Below are positions 24,905 through 37,713 of a DNA stretch of 64,000 nucleotides, one piece after another. This DNA comes from Felis catus (taxonomy: Eukaryota). Under the pieces are notes generated by a model. That model saw nothing but the letters and a program-made list of their open reading frames with translations, did no database searches and was not told the origin of the DNA. How positions within the stretch are numbered: the stretch's first letter is position 1; every line of letters starts with the position of its first letter. Position numbers and translations under genes: made by a program. Location of the stretch: assembly GCF_018350175.1 (NCBI RefSeq), contig NC_058368.1:189288001-189352000 (forward strand). Reading direction: 5' to 3'.

Positions 24905-25440
24905 TTTATATATAATTGTACATCTTAAATGTACAATTCAGTGATGTTACATACATTTACATTATTGTGCAACTATCATCAGCCTCAACATGCAGAGTGT
25001 TTTCATCATTATAAACAAACTGTGCCCTTAAAACTCCCCATTATTCCTTCCCCCAGCTTCTGGAAACCACTGTTCTAGTTTCTGTCTCTTCTTTGTAGCT
25101 CATATAAGTGAAATAATAAAATATTTGTTCTTCTGTGTCTTGCTTATTTCACGTCACTGAATGTTTTCCAAGTTCATCCGTGTTGTAGCATATACCAGAA
25201 TTTCCTTTCTTTTTAAGGCTGAATAATATCCCATTGTAAGTATATATCCATTTATCCATTGATGGATGTTTGGATTGTTTCCACATTTGGGCTATTGTGA
25301 CTAATGCCACTATGGACATTGTTATATGAGTAACTGTTCGAGTCCCTGTTACATTGCTATATGAGTAACTGTTCGAGTCAGTTATTTTGGGTATGTACCA
25401 AGGACAGAATTGCTGGATCATATGATAATTCTATACTTAA
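24905..25440 (-). mobile_element. Old L1 (L1MA/MB-like) 3' fragment inserted in a MER5 element
   Basis: aaatgtacaattcagtg...tttaaggctgaataatatcccattgt...gaattgctggatcatatgataattctat; MER5 halves at ~24776-24875 and ~25450-25500. Confidence 0.8.
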
Positions 25441-26282
25441 TAGTATCCATATTTAAGTTCCCCAGGTGATTCTAGTGTACAGACAGGGTTGTAAACTTCT
25501 AATCTCGGAAGAATCTTTGCCTTCTCATTTCAATACGGGGAAGAGGGTGATGTGGCAGGCAAGGAGCCAAGTGGGCAGCTCACAAGACAATCAACAAAAT
25601 TAAAAATGATTTGGAGTACACAGAATCTTTCTACCTTCCCACTCAAGCTTCTGAAAACAATTCTCCATAGCCCTTTATTGGACATTTCTATCAGCCTTCC
25701 AGGAGAGCTATCTTCACAGGATATTGTAAATTTCATTATACATACAGCTTTAAAATATTAATTCAATCTGTAGAATTTTATAAAAATGTACTGGATTGAA
25801 AAATGACACAAAAATAATATCCACTGGTTTTCTTTTATAGTATCATCCAACTAAAGTGACACATTTTGGAGCAGCATAGTTATTAAAATGCAGCCTTGAG
25901 CTGGTATGAATGTCACTTATTTTTAAAAGGAAAGTAATTTTACATGATTTTCTCTCTTATTTTTTGTCCTGATGATATGAGGAGATCTATGATTCAGGGA
26001 CTTCATCAAATGATTTTGTTCCTTCTACCACACTACTTTAAATGAAGACTGAAAGCTTTTAGAATGCTTCTTCCCAGGGGAATTTATGAAATGTCAAAAT
26101 GGTCACATCAGCCACTTGGACTAGCCTGGGAATGAGGACTTAATTTGGTCATGGGAATAGCAGATAAATATTTCCTTGAAGTTCTTTCACCCTCCTGGTC
26201 TTTCTCCTCTGAAAACATTCCATCATGCTGTATCATTGTCCAAAATGGAACACTCACTGAACTGAACTCAATTTATCAGAGA

Positions 26283-26768
26283 CATCAGTTAGGGCTCTTA
26301 AGAGTCCCAAGTGTAGGAAACCAAACTCAAGTGACTTAACACTGAAGAGAGGTTATAAGTTTGTATTACATAAAAGAAATCATGTGGGCTTCAGGTGAAG
26401 CTTCATCCAGAAGTCCAGACAATGTCACCAAGTTTTCATCTCCCTCTGTCTCTCTGTCCTATAATCTGGCATTGGCATATCCTCAGGTGGCTGACTGGCA
26501 GGTCTGAACTCTCCAGTGATGCTATCAAAAGACCTGTGCAGTTCTGTATCTCTCATCCTTATACCACATTGTCCAGAGGGAGCCATGAGGCTCTAATAAA
26601 GCTAATAAGAGCCCATTCTTCCTAAAGCTAATAGAGGCACCAATCCCGCCCAAATCACATGGCTGAGAAGGAGAAGGAGGTGCTTTCCCATAGGACATTC
26701 AACATTCTGTTTCCAGGGAAAGTGAGGAATCCATTCTGAGCAGCAAAAAAACACATGTGTCTACTATT
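26283..26768 (-). mobile_element. MLT1-family LTR, old
   Basis: gaaaccaaactcaagtgacttaac...gggcttcaggtgaagcttcatccag...caatgtcacca. Confidence 0.55.
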
Positions 26769-26827
26769 CCAGGTGTGTTCTGAACAATGCAGAGCCCAGT
26801 GTGACTCTTACCTCCCTTATTCTAGAA

Positions 26828-27033
26828 GAGTGCTATCTAACAGAACTTTCTATGATGATGGAAATGTTCTATATCAATGCTAATACAGCAGCCACTTAAC
26901 CACATGTGACTAGTGAGCACTTGAAAAGTGGCTACTGTGACTGAGACATTGGACTTTTTATATTGTTTAAATGCAACTTAGTTTAATTTAAATAACTATA
27001 CATAGCTAGGGGCTGCCACATTGTGCAGTGCAG
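26828..27033. mobile_element. MER3 hAT-Charlie MITE
   Basis: gtgctatctaacagaactttctatgatgatggaaatgttcta...cagtgcag; 8-bp NTCTAGAN-type TSD ttctagaa (26820-27) / ttctagac (27034-41). Confidence 0.85.
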
Positions 27034-27069
27034 TTCTAGACTTTTCTTCAATTAAAGCAACTGAAGATC

Positions 27070-27255
27070 ATATTTGTTTTTTTGGCAGGCACATAATATT
27101 ATTTATAGTACATAATGGAGCTTATTATCAACAAAATTCCATAGCTTTTTTCTATTTATGAGTCCACTGAGTCATATCTTTGTCATTTTGTACACTTGCA
27201 ATTAATTATTTAGACCTAAATGCAAGACTTTACATTTATAGCAGATTGAATTCTG
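27070..27255 (-). mobile_element. CR1/L3 fragment
   Basis: gacctaaatgcaagactttacatttat. Confidence 0.5.
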
Positions 27256-27607
27256 GGGCATCCCCATCCTTAAAGAAATGTTTTACCCTGATTCTTTTTT
27301 CCATGATATTACTTGGTCTACCAACCTTATTTTAGTTTCTGTCATGAAGACAGTCTACCCTACAGCAGAGCTGTTTTTTTTAATCTGAGGATTATGAATG
27401 TCTTTCAAGAGTCTGTGACACTTCTGAAATTACATGTAGATTCTTGTGTGCTTCTTCTTACATTCCTTTTTTTGTTTTTTAAAGGAAAGAGCCCAATGCC
27501 TTCACTAAACTTTCAAATGTTAAAACTGATAATCAAGAATTTGCATCTTTGAACAAATTATTAAACCAAAGCAGGAATCTGTGGCCTGCTGTTAAAAATG
27601 CCCTCTA

Positions 27608-27754
27608 ACTCTTAAAAACTGAGAACAAACTGAGGGTTGATGGGGGGGTGGGAGGGAGGGGAGGGTGGGTGATGGGTATTGAAGAGGGCATCTTTTGGGA
27701 TGAGCACTGGGTGTTGTATGGAAACCAATCTGACAATAAATTTCATATATTAAA
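27608..27754 (+). mobile_element. Young felid L1 3'-end micro-insertion (147 bp)
   Basis: L1_Fc-type 3'UTR (gggatgagcactgggtgttgtatggaaaccaa...aataaatttcat); perfect 14-bp TSD aaaaatgccctcta (27594-27607 / 27755-27768) at a TT|AAAA site. Confidence 0.93.
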
Positions 27755-27834
27755 AAAAATGCCCTCTAGATTAATAACAGTGTCTGCCCCAGGCTATGTC
27801 TCTAGTTCCTTAGACCAGAAAAATAGTGAGGTAG

Positions 27835-27889
27835 GTGTGTGCGTATGTGTGTGTGCATGTGTGTGTGCGTGCGTGTGTGTGTGTGTGTG
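27835..27889. repeat. Imperfect (TG)n
   Basis: Read directly from the sequence. Confidence 0.9.
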
Positions 27890-28079
27890 AGTGGTGTCTT
27901 CTGTTGCCCTGCTGTGTACTAAAACTGCTGCCCACTATAAGACAAAACCACAAAAAAACAAAAAGAAACTTTAAGTTTTGACTTCTTCCCCAAATCCACC
28001 AATTGTTCACTCTTTAGAGCACTTAGGTAGGTGTTTTTGTATTTTGTATTTAGTTCATAGTTTATAATGTTCTGTGTGA

Positions 28080-28330
28080 GAGGGTCATTCCTATAAATCA
28101 TTATATATTACTCATTATCTTATTATCTCATTCTCATATACACAGTATTTACTTAAGCAGACCTATATCGATAAACATTTAGGATATCACCAGTTATTAC
28201 TTTTTTTTTTTTGGCAGTGCAATCATGGCTACAGTGAACATCCTTATTTGCACTTCCCTGAGCACAGGTCCAAGGAGATAATGAGAAGTGGAGTATGGCT
28301 TATGGAATGTGTACATTAAGACTGTAATAC
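28080..28330 (-). mobile_element. Very old L1 (L1ME-like) fragment
   Basis: gataaacatttagg...gctacagtgaacatcctt...agaagtggagtatgg. Confidence 0.45.
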
Positions 28331-29605
28331 ATGGTGTCTGAAAGCCTGCAAACATATGTAATATTATTTTATTATAAATTATATCACCATATCAATAAAA
28401 CATTGATATCTATGAATACACATATCTATGTGTATTATATGCATCAAAAATGTATCACATGTATCAAATGTACCAAAATGTTTTCAGACATTGTGGCCAT
28501 CCTGTAGATGATATGAAAATGCTTTCTACAATGTCTATGAGTGCTAAACATTCTGCCCTGATATAAAGTAGCTAAGCAAACTCTGAATTTTCTTTCACTG
28601 GAAGATCTGAAGAAAAGGCATTTCTATCTGTAGGAGGCTAAAGATGGCCACCAAAAGCCTTGAGACCAAAGCAACCAGAGGCACCTGGGCAATGCCAGGT
28701 ACTTGGTTTCTTTGGTGCTTGAGCTCTCATGTTGAAACAGGTCTCAGAAAGTTAGAGTTGGCATCTCCTCAGCTTTGCCTCCTCTCATGCTGTGAAGCCA
28801 TCAGGGGAAACATTGTATTTGCACAACCCTGGAGCAAGGAAGTTTGCATAAACGAACACTACAAGAGAAAGGTGATGAAAAGGAGTCTGATCCCAGCTCT
28901 CCACCCCCTAATGTATGCCAGCCCTGCTCTCAACAAATAGCAGACTTCCCAAAGAGCAAACGTTAAGGATTATTAAACCTTCATTTCTTAATTTCCATTT
29001 TGATTCAAAAATCACAGGAGGCTATGATCTTACTTTATGATTCCTTTTTTCCCATGCAGCTGGAATGGGGAATCTGACATTTATTAGCTGGTAAAAGTAG
29101 GGTTTTTCTTTATGGCATTAAATATTCTTTTTCATGATGGTGTTTTACTTTACAAATGGCAAATAGATCATGATGTGACCGGCGTAGAAATGTTTTCAAA
29201 GCAGGCTTGAGAATTCTGAAAAATTCTTCTTATTATGTAATGACTTGAAATCCCACTATCTTGTTTGATGAACTCTGCTGGCATCACCCATCATATTGGC
29301 AAGAGGTTAACAGAACATGGGGAAAAAAACTTGGTGCTTCAACTTCATATCCAGTGGAGTTGTTTTTCTAATGAATTCTAAGAACATAACAAGGATCCAT
29401 TGCTATAAAGCTTTTCAGATTTTTTTTCAATCAGGTGTTCATTTATGAAATCCTTACTAAACATCCATGTTGTACCAATCATCTAAAGTCTGTGAGGGAT
29501 ACAAACATGAAACATCCTTGGACCAGCTTACAGCAAGGGCCCACTTAGTTTCTTGCCCATGATGGGTTCAGATGTCAGGCTCTTTATGTGGGTCAAAACG
29601 ATGGC

Positions 29606-29608
<3 letters not shown>

Positions 29609-29664
<56 letters not shown>
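29609..29664. repeat. (TA)28 microsatellite
   Basis: Read directly from the sequence. Confidence 0.97.
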
Positions 29665-29667
<3 letters not shown>

Positions 29668-30656
29668 CAGTTTCAACCCTCATAGAGTTTACAGTCTAGT
29701 AGAGAATGCAAATGTTAAGTAAAAAATTATGTGTGTGAATTCGCAGTGAAGTATAAGTTCTAACCTTGCTTTATAACTTAAAACCAGTTGAACTCTTGTC
29801 CCCACTCTCCCATTAGATGGCCGACATCCAGTGAAAATGAGTTCCTTCCTTTTCATTTCCTCCCTTTGTTTCATTCTTTCTCCTACATTATTTCATTCTC
29901 CCTTCCATGTAATATTTATGGAGTGACTCCTATGTGTGAAAGAGCAGGAAATGTCAATGAAAACAAGATACAAAGTGAGAGAAGAATTATGTCCACTGGT
30001 ACCCTTCTCAAAGCATCTGATGGTTCAAGGGCAAGCTTTCCCTTCAGAGCTCCTGCATGGTGAGTATGCTCTGGTCACATTCCTAAGAATGCCCAGGACC
30101 ATAAATCAGAGGGTTGTCCTATGACAAACAATTTACTGGGACTTGGGGATAGTTGGACAGTATTTCCCAGGAATGAAGGCTGGATAAATGGCCAAAGTTT
30201 ATTAAAGCTCTCTGTACGCTGCTTAAGACTAGAATTCAGTCAAATGCCTCGGGTGGCTTTCACTCCATGTTTCCTTCCAAGAACCACAGAGATGAAGTAA
30301 ATGAGCCACAGGAATAGGGATTTCTTCCAGGCTGGAGATATTACAATCCTTCTCTGAATATTAGAGTTGGCTTAAAAGGGCAGCATTCACTATTGAGGGG
30401 ATAACTCCGAAGAGGTCTTGTGGTTATAATGGTTTTATGATTATTTTGGATCTTTGCAAAGACTCCTGTGTTTGGGTAACTGATTCCACGCTGGAGAGAT
30501 CACACAAACATTCCTTAACATTAGTCTGTGGCTTTGTTAGACAGAATTAAAAGAGCTCTGTGTCCATTCCAGTCCCCAGTCATACCCCCAAACTGTCATT
30601 CAGATGACTGTGGATTCTTTCAGAATTAAACTCTGGGTCTTCTGTATGTTTTTAAA

Positions 30657-30660
<4 letters not shown>

Positions 30661-30702
<42 letters not shown>
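30661..30702. repeat. (TA)21 microsatellite
   Basis: Read directly from the sequence. Confidence 0.97.
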
Positions 30703-30705
<3 letters not shown>

Positions 30706-31037
30706 ATTTTGGGGAAAGTCTACACTGTGTTGAAGATATTTAAGTCAGATTGCTATCCCCAAAAACCTATAGATGAGGAGGTAATATTTGTTAGTTAAAA
30801 TGCATGCATATATATATATATACATACATACAAACATACACACATGTATAAACAAACAAATAAACAAGTTGGAAAAATAGCCACCCATTTTTTTCTACTG
30901 TCAATTGTCAGGAAATATCGCCTAAGAACCCTCCTTTAGGGGAAGTCTACCCTATATGTTGAAATAAAAGATCAGGTCACAGTCTTCCCAAAGCCTTTAG
31001 ATGAAGAGATGGAATCTGTTAATTAAAATACATAATT

Positions 31038-31040
<3 letters not shown>

Positions 31041-31070
<30 letters not shown>
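31041..31070. repeat. (AC)15 microsatellite
   Basis: Read directly from the sequence. Confidence 0.95.
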
Positions 31071-31076
<6 letters not shown>

Positions 31077-31254
31077 GTTAGAAAAAATTTCAAGGATGAC
31101 AAAAAGGAATGTATTCAACAAATATTTATGAAGTATGTGTTTATGTATTAGGCATATTCTAGTGCCAATATAAGGCTTTTATTTACAGTAAGGTAGACAG
31201 ATAATAAACAAATAAATATATTTCAGATAATAAAAAGTTCTATAAAGAAAAATA

Positions 31255-31485
31255 GGGGCTTCGGGGTGACTCAGTAAGTTAAGCATCTGACTTCGGCTCA
31301 GTTGATGATCTCATGGTTCATGAGCTCAAGCCCGGCATTGGGTGAACTCAAGCCCTTCTTAGGGTGAGCCCCCGTTAGGATGATCACCCCTTTGTGTGAG
31401 TCCAGCTTCTCTCTCTCTTCCTTGCTTTTTGCCCCTCCCCCACGCACTTTCTCTCTCAAATAAATAAATAAACTTCAGAAATAAA
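31255..31485 (+). mobile_element. CAN SINE variant with internally repeated B-box-region units
   Basis: SINE head, then tgagctcaagcccggcattggg / tgaactcaagcccttcttaggg / tgagcccccgttagga, then CT-rich region and aaataaataaact tail. Confidence 0.85.
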
Positions 31486-31529
31486 TTTTTTTAAGTACAA
31501 AAAGGTTAGCTTGTTAAGAGGATGTTTTA

Positions 31530-32270
31530 ATCATAATGCAAAACCATATGTTTCCATTAGAATAGCTAAAATTTAAAAGACTGACAATATCAAATATTTG
31601 GGAGGGTATAAAAAATTCATTGCTGATGGGAGTATAGAACAGTATGACCACTTTGGAAATCAGTCTAGTACTTTCTCATAAAGTTAAACTAATACCTACT
31701 GATGATGCAGTAGCTTATTCATAGGTATATAACCAAAAGAAATGAAAACATATGCTTCAAAAAGATGTATCTAAGAATGTCCTTAGCAATTTTCCCTATA
31801 GTAGTCCTAAAATGGAGACAATCCAAATTTATATTGACAGGAATATAAGCAAGATGATGTAATTATAAAATGGAGTATCACTCAGCAATTTTAAGGAAAG
31901 AACCACCATTACACATAGCAACATGGATAAATCTCCAAAACATTTTTCTGGACAAAAGAATTCCAATACAAAATATATATATTGATTGGTTCCATTTAAA
32001 TATAGTTCCAGAGTAGGAAAAGCTAATCTATCGTGATTAGCACATATGACTATGTGCTTCTACAGTCATGAGATTGCAGGAGGGTTTTCTAGAATGCTGC
32101 TTTCTGGAATTATAGAAATATTCTATATCCTGATAGGGATATGACTTATATCAGCGAATGTATTTACTACAATTGATCAAACAGTACACCTAGGTGTATA
32201 CTGCATTTCACTAAATGATTGTTATACCTCAGTTAAAAACTGTTTACATTAAATAAATAATACAATATCA
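31530..32270 (+). mobile_element. Old L1 (L1MD/ME-like) 3' fragment
   Basis: attagaatagctaaaatttaaaagactgacaatatcaaata...accactttggaaatcagt...gcaacatggataaatctc...ttatacctcag. Confidence 0.8.
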
Positions 32271-34394
32271 AAAAAAAATAGATACCACTTATGTATAAAA
32301 AGACCCAAAATCCATACCTTTCTATCAATTCAAATATGTATACAATTAAAAAGCAGCATTTTTACATGAAAAGGAATCTGACTTTGCAGCTTTTCCCATC
32401 AGACTCAGCACTGATAAGAACCAACAGGTGAATTATCTTGTTTAAATTTTATGACAGCCTTTATGAAGTGGCTTATTTTACTTTCCCCATTTTGCACATA
32501 AAGCAACTGACCTGTGTAGTTGGAACTTGAACCCATGTCCATATTCCTCAGTTAGTAACTTCAAATACTGTATTATATTTTCCTCCACAGCAAGGCCACA
32601 GGCTCTCTCTAATGAATCCTTGGGTTTCTCTAGGACCTCAGACGATCTCTCCAGGTACTGTCCCTGTCCTCCATCCTTGATGTCTCCTGGGACATCTAGT
32701 TTTCATCCTATCCCCTTATACCTGATTTCAGTCTTCCTCCCCAGCTCCTTTATATGGATGTTTCATTTGCAATGTCTCCTTGGTCCTTGGCTTTATGTTT
32801 AGATATTGTCTTTTGGTTCCAACTTGGCTGAACACCATGAAGACCCCAGGCTAGTCCTGCTGTACCTGTGCGAAATACCAGGCTCTCAGACAACCCTCAC
32901 CTAAGTCCAGATATCTCAGGCTGAGCCTTGGGATAAATCCTCTCACCTTGTAACTGCAACCTATTTCCCTCCAATGTGGATGTGTTGAACAAGATTTCTT
33001 GCTGAACTTGTTTGATGAAACTGAACATCTACGTCCTTTCTAGCAAGAAACTCTAAATTATTTTTTCAGTCAAAGAATAGAGATAATTTTACTATTCAGC
33101 AATACAAAATTCAAATGTGTTGGATCTTAGGAGAAACAGTCCTTATCCATCAGAGTTTTAAAAATCTGGCTTAGAGGTTCTGAAAACTCAACTACTTTAT
33201 GTTTTCCAAAATTCGAAAATGATTTCAAAAGTTAAGGCTAGATCTGGCAAGACAGCAAGAGAAATAAGTAATAGGTTAGAATGTAAAACAAACAACCTTT
33301 CAACAAACTATGCCTTTTAACCCAGGGAAATCCTCTGGTGCCTCGGAGAACACAGGTCAATGTATCAGTCTTCCACTTTATTAAATTATTAGTATTAAAA
33401 AATAACTCTGAGGAAGCAACAAAACACAGCACAGTGCTTTCTACAAATAAAATTTAATTTGGTGTCTCAAGAGCTGCTGGCTTTTATCGCCAAAGGTTGG
33501 AGCATGGTGTTTTCAGAAAGAAACTTTTTTTTTTTATCTAGTTTGGAGGAAGTATGGCCAACATTAGTTCCAAATATTTTATTTCAAACATAAAGCACAG
33601 AACCAATACTAATAAACAACAGGCTCTTATGCCAACATTGGTGCATGTTTTTGTTATTGCATTATATTCCATGAGTGTTATTTTGCATAATTAAATAGAA
33701 AAAAAACCTTGAACTTGGAATTATAAAACCGTCACCACAAACCAACAATTCCACTTGATGTGTATTAAGTCATTAAATTTATTATAAAAAAAAAACCAGA
33801 GAGAAAAAAATCTTTTCCTTGTAAATCATTAAAAATTCATGAGGGTTGAAAGCAAAGCAAACAGCCCGTATGTTTGCTTAGGGAAGCACTGCAGAAGACA
33901 CTGCAATTCAGAACAGAAAATGAGTTTTTCTTGAAATCAGAATGGCCTCTTATCAAAATGTCAATGATGTGGGCTGTTCAGATGAAAGGACGTATAGATT
34001 CTGAGAATGTAAATGTTGGTCCCAGATAAACAATGTTTGTGATAGGGGGTGGGTAGACTGGTCATGGTCTAAGGAGTCTCACGGTTGAACAATTCATAAG
34101 AATGGGCTACTCTGGCATCTGTGAAGGCAAGAAGATCCAGAAAATACAGGCTGAGTTAGGACCTGGCTTCTGGACAAGAGTCAACCCAGGCTGCATCACA
34201 TTCTCCAATGGCTGAGACAATGGTTTTGCAGCCAGTTATTTAGGCATCAGAAATTATATCAGTTTATTCATTTGTAGGATTGCTACAACTGTTGTTACAA
34301 TCCGGACAGTCAGCATTATGAGTTTGCTCTGAAAAGCTTTTTCTTAATATGCTATAACTGGGAGGCATTCATGAAATGGGCAGAGGTAGAGAGA

Positions 34395-34940
34395 AAGGGA
34401 TCCAAGTAGCCAGGAACAGATACCCATTCAAACTGGCTCAGATAAAAGTGTATCTTTACTGAAGGGAAAGTCAAGGTTATCCAAAGATTGGATACTGTGT
34501 TCAGTTAGACCACCTAGGACCTATAGTAAAAAGTGGAGCATGGAAACTCCTCCCTCTGCCTCCCGTGGAGTCACATTGAATCTTTGGGACGGGAGGCTAC
34601 AAGTGAATACAGTACCTTTCTATTTACTCATCTATTTTCTCTGGTGCTTGCTGGACATCTGGTCTGTTTTTCTTAATCCATGCCAACTTTTTCCATTTTA
34701 CTGATGGCTTTGCTGCCCTTTACTAATTTGTTTGTGGTGTTGGATGCCATGGCCTAATGGTGGCCCCAACTTCATATGAGCTCCCATCTCACTGACTGCC
34801 TCTTTCTCTTTTGATTTTTTTTTTTTAAAGGGAATTTACTGGCCTAGTTCAGGTCACATATTTATTCCTGGCCCAATCAGTAATGGCCAGAGAAATTGGT
34901 CAGCTTCCCAATCACCAGGGTGGGAACAGATTCTCTGAGA
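34395..34940 (-). mobile_element. MLT1-family LTR, very old
   Basis: ggaacagatacccattcaaactggctcag...ctggcccaatcagtaatggccag. Confidence 0.4.
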
Positions 34941-37130
34941 AGGGGATGAGGACACAGCAAGCAAATTCCATAGAACATCCACCTTCATATAAGCGATACA
35001 ATTAGCCTTTAAGTAGTCAGGAATTGAACTTACAGAACAGGGTTGTATATGTATATCACTTAAATAATTGATGTAGTTCTCCAATTCTAAAATGAATATA
35101 TTTTTCACATTTTAACATTTTTTCAAATTGAGATGTAGATTGCAATCAACCTGTACATTTAATGCAGTATAATAGCTGCTATTAAATTGATGATGTATCA
35201 TAAGTTCAAGTTTTTTTAAGAATTGAGGAAACATAGAAAGTATGATTTTACTGGCTCATAGTTTTTTTTTTTCAAAGGCTAAAAGCCAAATCTTTTTATA
35301 TAAAATTACTATTAAATCTGATCTCCCTAATGGTTCTGTATTCGTCTAGTTTTCATTTGAAAGATGACAATTTCATCATCTCAACAGGTAATTCTCCAAT
35401 CCTATCATGTTACCCTTTCTTCTGATACTATGCTTAAATCATCTCTCTTTGGATTAACTTATTATTTCAATTAAAGTCCTTGATATATGTCAAAGATGTG
35501 CCCTTATTTGTAACAGAGCCATAAAAAATGTGTTGCTTTAATTCCTTCCATAAATCAGTTTCTCTACTCCATTCCCTTAATTATGTGCTGTTTTCTCTGG
35601 AATCTTTCCAATGTCCAGGATTTCTTCTTTTCTTTTTTTTTTTTTTTAACCTAGAAGTGTTTCCAAAATTTAAGTACAGGATCTCAATGTAGTCTGACAA
35701 ACTTGCCCTTCCTCTTTTTTGATGTTGCCTTACAAACAGTTCCAAGTAAGGCCTTTCCCCTTGCCAGGTGATTCAACACAGGACTAAATTACTCTCTAGA
35801 TTCATCCAGCATGATTACTCGTAGGACATTTGCCCACCAGTAAAGACTGGCCACTTTTGATTATTTTTACATAGAAAACTAAACTTTCACTTTCTTCTCC
35901 AGTGGAATTTCCTCCTATTATTTTCAAACTCTGGGGTTATTTTAGCCTGGCAGTTGACAACAGATCCTGTGAACTGGCATCATCAGGAAGTGGGATGATA
36001 AGACACAAAGACCACTCCCGGTCAGTATAGTTTCATTTCAGGTTGTGACGTGGACATACTATGTGGCTTTAGAAAAGGAGTTAACATCTCTGGTCTAGTA
36101 AATGTTTAAGAAGACAGGCAGGACTAGATGATCCCTGATGATAGTCCTTCAACCCTAAAATTCTACACTATCATTTGTTAATGGTCTGGTGAATTTTTTT
36201 CTGACTTCTCATAGGATCAAGACCACAGTAAGTCCTGGGCCCATACCTGTAACACCACACCAACCTTACATTTATTCCCCATATTCTACATTTTCAGAAA
36301 GAGACCATCCAGGCTCTACCAAAGTCTCATTCCCCACCAAATATGCTTGCATGCACACAGATGTATATACACACATATACATTTTGCTTTGGAAATGAAA
36401 CTTTATGGAACCCAGCCCTGTAGGAGTTCAGCTCTTTATCATTTTTTCCTGATGGATATACACAAAAAAAGAAACAATGTCCTCACTTTCACTCTGATTA
36501 GAAGATTTTGCACTGCCTTCCCTTCTGATAACCTAAAGAAGAAACTATTTGTCTGGAATGATTTATGCTATTTTCTGATAATCTGGTTATAAAGCTGGTT
36601 AATACACCATAAATTTACCTTAATAGACCATGTCCTGCCCTTTGAATTCCTTTTTGTTTTTTTGTTTTAGGATATCCTTCCTTCAGGCCCAGTCCCCTTT
36701 AAATGCACCAGCCTTACCTGGACGAATAGTCACTAATACGTGGCCTCCTCCTGGTTTTGAAGTTTAGAACCTCATTTATCTTGCTTCTGGGTTCATTTCA
36801 GATCACAATTTTGCTTGCTAAATGAAGAAATCATTGCCAAAAATCGAGTAGGCATGATACCAGCTCTAATCTCCTAGGAGGCAACCCCTCCTGACCTGCT
36901 GACTCATACAGTGTGTGTTATGCTCAAATTACTTGAGAAATCCCTTGCCGCCTTTTGTCAATAGTTATTTTTGCAAGGTCCTCATTACTTTCTAATTGAC
37001 CAAATTTATTTTCTTGATTTCTCTCATTAAAGACAGGTTAAGAAGTAACTTCAATTGTGTAGCTTTTCTAATGGCTTTCTTCCTCCAGGCCTATCCTCAT
37101 TCTTAAATAGGCCTTTATTCTACCCTCAGT

Positions 37131-37204
37131 ATCTATCTATTTATCTACCTACCTACCTACCTACCTACCTACCTATCTATCGATCTAGTCTATCTATCTA
37201 TCTA
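37131..37204. repeat. Compound (TCTA)/(CCTA)n repeat
   Basis: Read directly from the sequence. Confidence 0.9.
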
Positions 37205-37620
37205 GGTCTAATGGATTTTGGAAAGTGACCAGTAGCTGTATGTCTAGCTTTATAATCTTGGGTGTGAATAACAATCTCCCCTCTCCCTCACCCTGAGTAG
37301 CGTCTCCCTGTGCCCCAAGTACAATATGCATGGAGTGACTTTCCTGGGTTAACAGGAACCCAGCATCTCCATTTCCTGACTATTCTAAGATGAAGTCAAG
37401 CTTGGTCTTGCCCATTGGAACCAGAACTCCAGTGTGCCTTCCTGAACCTAGAGGCCTCCCCTGCTCCGGTGCTGATTGTTCAAGAATGACCTTTACTCCC
37501 TCTGTGGGCCTTCGGGTGCTCCATCCTTGCCAGAGCCCATCCCTACTGAAGAGCCAATAGGTCTTCAGTGCTACATTTGATTTCTTCCATGGTGAAACTT
37601 CTCTGGGCTCCCAAATTACA

Positions 37621-37624
<4 letters not shown>

Positions 37625-37705
<81 letters not shown>

Positions 37706-37713
37706 TGTGTGTG
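37625..37713. repeat. Compound (GT)n(GA)n(GT)n microsatellite
   Basis: Read directly from the sequence. Confidence 0.95.

Noticed and set aside
36650..36725. Strong acceptor-like site (+) and donor-like CAG|GTAAGG (-)
   Set aside because: They lie on opposite strands, have no partner sites and carry no coding signal.
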